Positions 1 to 4,574 of a stretch of 4,574 bases of DNA are shown in pieces. Each line of letters opens with the position of its first letter. Position 1 is the stretch's first letter. Where the stretch lies: IMG/VR virus record IMGVR_UViG_2740892270_000010. One strand, 5' to 3'. The notes beneath the pieces are model-generated. The model was not told where the DNA came from. It was given only the letters and a program-made list of their open reading frames with translations, and did no database searches. The position numbers and the translations under genes were made by a program. This stretch comes from a virus (Duplodnaviria > Heunggongvirae > Uroviricota > Caudoviricetes).

Positions 1-172
1 GAGCACTTATAAATAACAGCCGTTAATATAAATTGGCTAATAGATTTATTTTTATTCAGTCAAGAGCCATGAATAGGATTCGATAGAAAAAAGTTCAGAT
101 AAAAATAGAGATCTACTTCACAAATCAAACGAGAAACCAAAACTTACATCTTGAAATAATCACATTGATTAG

Positions 173-1249
173 ATGAATATTTATCGCGCAATGACATCAT
201 TTTTTAATAATATGATGGCGATGTCTGCTCAGGCAGCTGAAATTTATAATAAAGACAGTAACAAGCTGGATCTGTACGGGAAAGTTAATGCTAAGCACTA
301 CTTCTCCTCTAATGATGCAGATGATGGTGATACTACTTATGCCCGTCTTGGCTTCAAAGGTGAAACCCAAATCAACGATCAACTGACTGGTTTCGGTCAG
401 TGGGAATATGAATTCAAAGGCAACCGCGCTGAATCTCAAGGTTCCTCCAAAGATAAAACCCGTCTTGCCTTCGCTGGCCTGAAATTCGGTGACTACGGCT
501 CCATCGATTACGGCCGTAACTACGGTGTAGCATACGACATCGGTGCGTGGACTGACGTCCTGCCAGAATTCGGTGGTGACACTTGGACTCAAACAGATGT
601 GTTCATGACTGGTCGCACCACTGGTGTTGCAACTTATCGTAACAACGACTTCTTTGGTCTGGTTGATGGTCTGAACTTTGCTGCTCAGTATCAGGGTAAA
701 AATGACCGCACTGACGTAACTGAAGCTAATGGTGATGGTTTCGGTTTCTCCACTACTTATGAGTATGAAGGATTCGGTGTAGGTGCAACCTATGCTAAAT
801 CTGACCGCACTAATAATCAGGTTATCTACGGTAACAACAGCCTGAATGCATCTGGTCAAAATGCTGAAGTATGGGCAGCTGGTCTGAAATATGATGCGAA
901 CAACATCTATCTGGCTACCACCTATTCTGAAACCCAGAACATGACTGTTTTTGGTAATAACCATATTGCCAACAAAGCACAAAACTTCGAAGTAGTTGCA
1001 CAATATCAGTTCGACTTCGGTCTGCGTCCGTCCGTTGCTTACCTGCAATCTAAAGGAAAAGACTTGGGTGCGTGGGGTGATCAGGACCTGGTTGAATATA
1101 TTGATGTAGGTGCAACCTATTACTTCAACAAAAATATGTCCACTTTTGTTGATTACAAAATCAACCTGATTGATAAGAGCGATTTCACGAAAGCATCTGG
1201 CGTTGCTACCGATGATATCGTTGCTGTAGGTATGGTTTACCAGTTCTAA
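173..1249 (+). CDS. nmpC: OmpC/NmpC/Lc-family outer-membrane porin (prophage moron); N-terminal signal region atypical, possibly 5'-rearranged
   Basis: 358-aa ORF. From about codon 15 ([14 protein letters not shown]...) to the C-terminal ...VGMVYQF it reads as a classical 16-strand enterobacterial porin of the prophage NmpC/Lc type, with a C-terminal Phe. The first ~14 codons ([14 protein letters not shown]) do not match the canonical MKKLTVAISAVAAS... signal peptide as I recall it. There is an in-frame TAG immediately upstream (170-172) and no good Shine-Dalgarno. Confidence 0.85.
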   Translation: MNIYRAMTSFFNNMMAMSAQAAEIYNKDSNKLDLYGKVNAKHYFSSNDADDGDTTYARLGFKGETQINDQLTGFGQWEYEFKGNRAESQGSSKDKTRLAFAGLKFGDYGSIDYGRNYGVAYDIGAWTDVLPEFGGDTWTQTDVFMTGRTTGVATYRNNDFFGLVDGLNFAAQYQGKNDRTDVTEANGDGFGFSTTYEYEGFGVGATYAKSDRTNNQVIYGNNSLNASGQNAEVWAAGLKYDANNIYLATTYSETQNMTVFGNNHIANKAQNFEVVAQYQFDFGLRPSVAYLQSKGKDLGAWGDQDLVEYIDVGATYYFNKNMSTFVDYKINLIDKSDFTKASGVATDDIVAVGMVYQF

Positions 1250-1258
1250 TTTGATTAC

Positions 1259-1298
1259 TAAAAGATATGTTGCGGGAGGCTTTGCCTCCCCAACATAT
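1259..1298 (-). terminator. Candidate rho-independent terminator for leftward (minus-strand) transcription, tR'-like
   Basis: Long imperfect hairpin: ATATGTTG-(C bulge)-GGGAGGC / loop TTT / GCCTCCC-CAACATAT (1265-1298). On the minus-strand RNA it is followed directly by a C + UUUUU tract (plus-strand A run 1259-1263). Confidence 0.5.
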
Positions 1299-1385
1299 AA
1301 GTGGCTCCCTCAAGCCACTTCCTTTAGGAGCACAACCTTGCTTCTAACTATATAAACCTTCTGTTATATATTACCCTTTATTTTT

Positions 1386-1412
1386 GGGGGCGTTGCAACG
1401 CCCCATTTTTAA
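1386..1412 (+). terminator. Candidate rho-independent terminator for the porin transcript
   Basis: GC-rich stem GGGGCGT/ACGCCCC (1387-1393 / 1398-1404) with loop TGCA, followed on the + strand by ATTTTTAATAATTTTT. On the minus strand the hairpin is followed by an A-run, so it is unidirectional. Confidence 0.5.
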
Positions 1413-1437
1413 TAATTTTTAGTAAACAATTGGCATA

Positions 1438-1821
1438 TTAATTAGAGTTATTAACAACGATATCCATCTCTAACCGGATATCTAATGCCATTAACATCCC
1501 TTCAATTATGCCCTCAGCCTTCTGTAACCTTTTCCCGATATAACCATCAGAGCAGCAATGCTTACCTGCCAGTGACATGAATGTCATACCGACTACATAA
1601 TAATCTACTAATAAATCGTGCAAATCGCTGTTGTTCTTTTTCAGACGGGCCATGCACCCGCAAATAATCATCGCGTCATCGTCACAACATTGCGGGCGAG
1701 ATTTTACTTTTGAAGTAATTAATCCCTTAAAACCGGCGGCAATGGACGACCAGGTCACATCTTCATGATTATTAGCCGCCCACGCTCCCCAACGCTCAAG
1801 AACCATCTGAATATCACGCAT
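1438..1821 (-). CDS. quuD: Late-gene antiterminator Q (phage 82 / DLP12 QuuD type)
   Basis: 127-aa product [24 protein letters not shown]...[16 protein letters not shown]...[12 protein letters not shown]... recalled as DLP12 QuuD / Q82 family with Cys-rich zinc-binding motifs. ATG at 1819-1821 (minus) has GGAG 7 nt upstream. The track ORF's TTG at 1834-1836 is treated as a spurious extension. Confidence 0.9.
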   Translation of the reverse strand: MRDIQMVLERWGAWAANNHEDVTWSSIAAGFKGLITSKVKSRPQCCDDDAMIICGCMARLKKNNSDLHDLLVDYYVVGMTFMSLAGKHCCSDGYIGKRLQKAEGIIEGMLMALDIRLEMDIVVNNSN

Positions 1822-1906
1822 CAACTTACTCCACAAAAATCAGACCAGAACGCCAATTACAAGCAAAAATCAACAAAACAGTATTAGTTGATTGTTATCT
1901 CTGACT

Positions 1907-2047
1907 TCATACTCCTGCTCCTGTCAGGGTTTTGGCGTAATTCTTCAGTATTCGGTAATCGGTCAAAACAGAACCGGGGAAACGATATAAGCGCAGATGC
2001 CCCCAGCGGTGGCGAAGAAGTTCTGCCATATAAAACTCAAACATCAT
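1907..2047 (-). CDS. ylcG: Small 46-aa protein, YlcG-like (position and size match DLP12 ylcG)
   Basis: Hand translation of the minus strand gives [46 protein letters not shown]. Its ATG overlaps the rusA stop in an ATGA arrangement, with a GGGGAA Shine-Dalgarno-like element 5 nt upstream. Below the ORF-track length cutoff. Confidence 0.6.
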   Translation of the reverse strand: MMFEFYMAELLRHRWGHLRLYRFPGSVLTDYRILKNYAKTLTGAGV

Positions 2048-2406
2048 TCATTCCCCATTTCGGTGATGGTCAGTTCCAGCCTCCCACCTTTGGTAACAGG
2101 CATCTTCACAACGCGGTAATCAACGACCTGAGCATCATCCAGCCAGAAACCTGCTTTGGTGAGTGCGTCAAAAGCGGCTTTTTGCAGATTATCCAGGTCA
2201 CGGCGACGGCGATCCGGCATGTGGCACTCAATACGGATTTTCACTGGCATAGCCAGGCCGATATCCAGCATTGCGTTTTTAATGATTCGGGTGACGTTAT
2301 CGCGGTATGCCTGCCCTTCTGCGCTGATGTGTGTGCGCCCGCGATTATGGCGGTAATAGCGGTTATTGCTCGGAGGCCAGGGTAATGTGATGCTGTAGGT
2401 ATTCAC
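2044..2406 (-). CDS. rusA: Holliday-junction resolvase RusA (crossover junction endodeoxyribonuclease)
   Basis: 120-aa product [26 protein letters not shown]...[30 protein letters not shown]... is essentially the RusA sequence as I recall it. The start codon is GTG (reverse complement of 2404-2406), overlapping the ybcO stop as GTGA. Confidence 0.93.
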   Translation of the reverse strand: MNTYSITLPWPPSNNRYYRHNRGRTHISAEGQAYRDNVTRIIKNAMLDIGLAMPVKIRIECHMPDRRRRDLDNLQKAAFDALTKAGFWLDDAQVVDYRVVKMPVTKGGRLELTITEMGNE

Positions 2407-2693
2407 GCCTTAATAACCCCCTCTTTCAGCCAGATAACCTGCGTTCTCGCCATACCTTCCAGCGCGCATTCTTTTGCATACTCAGCATCGACAAAATATG
2501 TGCGGCGGTCGATTTCGTCGTGACAGGCAGAACATGCAATGGTGGCAATCAGGTCTGGCGGTTTGATACCGGTACCGCACAATCCAGCCAGCCGGATATG
2601 TGCCAGTACTGACGTTTCAGGATTGCCATTACATACGCCAGGGATTCTTACCTGGCATTCCCGACCACGCGCTGCTTTTCTCAAATCAGCCAT
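2403..2693 (-). CDS. ybcO: YbcO-family (DUF1364) Cys-rich putative nuclease of the lambdoid nin region
   Basis: 96-aa product [42 protein letters not shown]...[11 protein letters not shown]... matches DLP12 YbcO as recalled. ATG at 2691-2693 (minus) is preceded by AAGGAGG with a 4-nt spacer. The track ORF's 13-codon TTG-initiated extension is rejected. Confidence 0.9.
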   Translation of the reverse strand: MADLRKAARGRECQVRIPGVCNGNPETSVLAHIRLAGLCGTGIKPPDLIATIACSACHDEIDRRTYFVDAEYAKECALEGMARTQVIWLKEGVIKA

Positions 2694-2856
2694 GATTCCT
2701 CCTTGCTGCCAGTCGCAACCATTTTTTATCAACCAGGCTAGCGGTATATCCGAGCAGTGTTGGTATTTCGGATGGCTTCAGCTCAGGCTTACGCTTACGA
2801 CGATTTGATACTCTGTAGATGTGCCCGTTCATGACACGAATAAGCGGTGTAGCCAT
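2686..2856 (-). CDS. ninE: NinE-family small basic protein
   Basis: Hand translation gives [56 protein letters not shown] (56 aa), matching DLP12 NinE as recalled. Strong AGGAGG 4-5 nt upstream; its ATG overlaps the ybcN TAA as TAATG. Below the ORF-track cutoff. Confidence 0.8.
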   Translation of the reverse strand: MATPLIRVMNGHIYRVSNRRKRKPELKPSEIPTLLGYTASLVDKKWLRLAARRNHG

Positions 2857-3311
2857 TACGCCTCCTGCTTATCGCGCAGCTGCTGGTATTCACAGCTCTG
2901 CGGAATTGTCAGGTGGCAGCCGATATTCATCGCCCAGGCTTCGACTTTGCACAGGAAGATGTACATCTCGCCGGTTTCCAGCTCTGACGTATGGCGGAGG
3001 GATTGGACGGTGGTGACCTCGCCGGACACGACATCTACACGGTCTTTGCTTTCGTAGCCGAGATAGGTGTGCTTCATCGCGTCTTTGACCCACTCAGGCG
3101 TAGCGAAGGTCTTGCCGCGGGCGATGAGATATTCGCTGATCTCCGTGTACCACATGTGGCTGAGCGCGTTCTGCGACAGGCTGCGCTTCTCGCGCCACGG
3201 CTTAACCTGCAGGCGTAAGCATTGCCCGGCATCCAGCAATGGCTGAATCTGCTGGCCGATGGCCGCGAAGTTACCGCGATGGAGTTTGATGCCGTCTACT
3301 GGCAGAGTCAT
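2856..3311 (-). CDS. ybcN: NinB-family protein (YbcN-like; recombination mediator / DNA base-flipping protein)
   Basis: 151-aa product with the NinB-type motif ...WREKRSLSQNALSHMWYTEI... (compare lambda NinB ...RNRSLDQNRKLWA...). GGGAGG Shine-Dalgarno 4 nt upstream of the ATG at 3309-3311 (minus). Gene order ninB-ninE-ybcO-rusA-Q is canonical lambdoid. Confidence 0.9.
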   Translation of the reverse strand: MTLPVDGIKLHRGNFAAIGQQIQPLLDAGQCLRLQVKPWREKRSLSQNALSHMWYTEISEYLIARGKTFATPEWVKDAMKHTYLGYESKDRVDVVSGEVTTVQSLRHTSELETGEMYIFLCKVEAWAMNIGCHLTIPQSCEYQQLRDKQEA

Positions 3312-3403
3312 ACGGCCTCCCTAACGGAAACCGCAGAATGCAGAAAATCGCAGGTGCATTTCTGCATCTGTGACAAGGTGATGAGTTCAGATTGTGGTCG
3401 CAT
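3308..3403 (-). CDS. Possible 31-codon micro-ORF upstream of, and translationally coupled to, ybcN (YlcH-like position)
   Basis: Minus-strand ATG at 3401-3403 is preceded by AAGGGGA with a 5-nt spacer and an in-frame TAA just upstream. Product MRPQSELITLSQMQKCTCDFLHSAVSVREAV*; its TGA overlaps the ybcN ATG as ATGA. No homology claim possible. Confidence 0.3.
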   Translation of the reverse strand: MRPQSELITLSQMQKCTCDFLHSAVSVREAV

Positions 3404-3422
3404 TTAAGTCCCCTTAAATGCG
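3399..3422. repeat. Perfect inverted repeat: 10-bp arms with a 4-bp centre (CGCATTTAAG-TCCC-CTTAAATGCG)
   Basis: Read directly from the sequence. It spans the Shine-Dalgarno and start codon of the micro-ORF and lies in the leader of the ybcN operon. No adjacent U-tract on either strand, so it is not a canonical terminator. Confidence 0.6.
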
Positions 3423-3459
3423 CAGAAGTCACCGGAGTTGTTCAGGCTCCGATGAGAGG

Positions 3460-3488
3460 ATTATGGCGGATTGATTACGATAAATCAA
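3460..3488 (-). promoter_or_regulatory. Candidate sigma70 promoter reading leftward into the ybcN-ninE-ybcO-rusA-ylcG-quuD operon
   Basis: On the minus strand: TTGATT (3488..3483), 17-bp spacer, CATAAT (3465..3460). It sits at the GC-composition junction between phage backbone and AT-rich cargo. Confidence 0.35.
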
Positions 3489-3575
3489 AACTATCTTGAA
3501 GCCAAAACAGTGATCTTCGCTTTAAAAACCTTGTATACTTTCACCTAATCACAGCCAGAACTATGGATCTAACCA

Positions 3576-3953
3576 ATGACCAACAAAGAAAACAAAGATA
3601 AATATATTAACAAGTTCAAGAAAGAGCTTTCAAAATATATACAACCAACTGCTGGAGTGGACATTCAATTATTTAACTCTAAGGATGGTGGTGGTGTAAT
3701 TAAAGCCACTTTGAATAGAAGTGGAAAAAGAAAATCATCTATTGCTGGTAATTTTACTAAATTAGGTGAGGCAATTACCTCGAGTGGGCAGAGGGTTTTT
3801 GGTGGTGATCTATCAAATGTGAATTTTTACGGAACAAATACGATTTTTGATGGAGATACAATATTTTTAATTAAATCACCTGATTCAGAGGAGTGGTCAT
3901 CACAAAAAGCTTCCAAAGACGTAGAGGGCATCGTATTTGGAGGGAAAAAATGA
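3576..3953 (+). CDS. Hypothetical 125-aa Lys/Gly-rich soluble protein (AT-rich cargo gene A), function unknown
   Basis: 378-nt open frame in DNA of roughly 25-30% GC, where random frames are dense in stops. ATG start; no signal peptide or transmembrane segment; no family I recognise. A TATACT -10-like element lies at 3534-3539 upstream. Confidence 0.6.
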   Translation: MTNKENKDKYINKFKKELSKYIQPTAGVDIQLFNSKDGGGVIKATLNRSGKRKSSIAGNFTKLGEAITSSGQRVFGGDLSNVNFYGTNTIFDGDTIFLIKSPDSEEWSSQKASKDVEGIVFGGKK

Positions 3954-4035
3954 TTAACATTACTACTAAGGATGCACTCAAGTCAGTGGTGAAGTAAGAG
4001 ATCTAGTAATTCTTCTTGAAACTGATGGAAAAACG

Positions 4036-4377
4036 GTGTCTGATTATTTGCAGCCAATCCCTCCCAAAAAAGATACACACTGGAGCATGATTTTCATTCC
4101 GGTAGCAATTTATATACTACTTAATCTTGTATACATTATTGCTCACCCATTATTTCCTGAAAAATATCTAAAAACATCAACATCTATATTTCTATTCATT
4201 TCCTTCATATTAAGTGCAATAGTAGCATATTTTGTTTTCCATAAGCATAAATCTGCCACTCTATCCATATGCAGCTTAGTGTTCTTAGTGTTAATTGTAG
4301 GTGCTAACGTAGGGTTTATCAGTTACAGCGACCTAACACAAAAAGCGACGCAAAAATTAGATAGTTTGTCTAAATAA
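4036..4377 (+). CDS. Hypothetical small integral membrane protein with three predicted transmembrane helices (AT-rich cargo gene B); start codon uncertain
   Basis: Open frame in AT-rich DNA. Three hydrophobic stretches of about 20 residues (IFIPVAIYILLNLVYIIAHPLF; SIFLFISFILSAIVAYFVF; LSICSLVFLVLIVGANVGFI) separated by short charged loops. First start in frame is GTG at 4036; an internal ATG at 4087 would give 96 aa. Same strand as gene A, 82 bp downstream. Confidence 0.6.
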   Translation: MSDYLQPIPPKKDTHWSMIFIPVAIYILLNLVYIIAHPLFPEKYLKTSTSIFLFISFILSAIVAYFVFHKHKSATLSICSLVFLVLIVGANVGFISYSDLTQKATQKLDSLSK

Positions 4378-4484
4378 TTATGTTGCCATGCGAAGTATGC
4401 ATGGCTGCATGTCTGCCTTCCATTTAAAATGGGCTAAGACCTATAACCCTAAATATTATTCTTTATTATCTTCTTTACCACTTC

Positions 4485-4574
4485 GGTGATGCTGCCAACT
4501 TACTGATTTAGTGTATGATGGTGTTTTTGAGGTGCTCCAGTGGCTTCTGTTTCTATCAGCTGTCCCTCCTGTTC
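4485..4574 (+). mobile_element. IS1 insertion sequence, left terminus (IRL) and first 90 bp; continues beyond the window
   Basis: GGTGATGCTGCCAACTTACTGATTTAGTGTATGATGGTGTTTTTGAGGTGCTCCAGTGGCTTCTGTTTCTATCAGCTGTCCCTCCTGTTC is the IS1 left end as I recall it, including the ~23-bp terminal inverted repeat. Confidence 0.9.
4540..4574 (+). CDS. insA: IS1 InsA (transposition regulator), N-terminal 11 codons only; truncated by the window edge
   Basis: GTG GCT TCT GTT TCT ATC AGC TGT CCC TCC TGT translates to MASVSISCPSC, the InsA N-terminus. Confidence 0.8.
   Translation, partial: MASVSISCPSC

Noticed and set aside
1-172. Possible IS-element terminus upstream of the porin gene, explaining the replaced 5' end
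   Set aside because: I could not match this sequence to the ends of IS1, IS2 or IS5 as I recall them, and saw no terminal inverted repeat; left as unidentified AT-rich DNA.
197-1048. 283-aa minus-strand ORF in the six-frame track
   Set aside because: Lies entirely antisense within the porin gene, whose product has unmistakable porin sequence; the reverse frame is a shadow ORF with no ribosome-binding site or recognisable features.
1386-1412. GC hairpin 1387-1404 as a bidirectional terminator also serving the Q transcript
   Set aside because: On the minus-strand RNA the hairpin is followed by CAAAAA rather than a U-tract; only the plus-strand orientation has the T-run.
1822-1836. TTG-initiated 5-codon N-terminal extension of the Q ORF (MWSKL-)
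   Set aside because: The internal ATG at 1819-1821 has a properly spaced GGAG and gives the canonical 127-aa Q product.
1888-2385. 165-aa plus-strand ORF, and the nested 66-aa ORF at 2156..2356
   Set aside because: Antisense to ylcG and rusA, which are supported by near-identity to known proteins and by coupled starts; these are shadow frames in GC-balanced DNA.
2694-2732. TTG-initiated 13-codon extension of ybcO (MIKNGCDWQQGGI-)
   Set aside because: The ATG at 2691-2693 has a strong AAGGAGG and gives the expected 96-aa protein; the extension would run through the ninE coding region.
2539-3218. Cluster of 65-89 aa ORFs on both strands (2539..2808, 2819..3016, 2821..3057, 2890..3093, 2991..3218)
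   Set aside because: All overlap ybcO, ninE or ybcN in alternative frames or antisense; none has a convincing Shine-Dalgarno and the real genes explain the region.
3222-3407. 61-aa plus-strand ORF
   Set aside because: Antisense to the ybcN 5' end and its leader; no ribosome-binding site; more likely a chance open frame than a gene.
3576-4377. Cargo pair as a classical colicin or microcin plus immunity operon
   Set aside because: Gene A has no double-glycine leader within its first ~20 residues and is far too small for a colicin; only the membrane-protein architecture of gene B fits, so this is kept as a low-probability alternative rather than a call.
1-4574. CRISPR arrays, tRNA or rRNA genes
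   Set aside because: No regularly spaced direct repeats and no cloverleaf-like or rRNA-like segments were seen; lambdoid tRNA clusters downstream of Q are absent here.

Overview
This window is a DLP12/phage-82-like lambdoid prophage segment, in reverse orientation relative to the usual map, with AT-rich foreign cargo and an IS1 end on the right. From left to right: an OmpC/NmpC-family porin gene on the + strand whose 5' end looks replaced (173..1249); a structured convergent intergenic region with terminators (1250..1437); and a tightly packed minus-strand operon of quuD (Q antiterminator), ylcG, rusA, ybcO, ninE and ybcN (NinB family), joined by overlapping start/stop codons. Upstream of ybcN sit a possible 31-codon micro-ORF, two palindromes and a candidate sigma70 promoter. 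At about 3470 the composition drops to roughly 25-30% GC (estimated by eye) and two plus-strand ORFs follow: a 125-aa Lys/Gly-rich soluble protein and a ~113-aa three-helix membrane protein. Neither resembles anything I recognise, and this pair is the best candidate for an undescribed accessory system (phage exclusion/abortive infection or toxin-immunity). The window ends in the first 90 bp of IS1. All identifications are from reading the sequence and recalling protein families; no database search was run.
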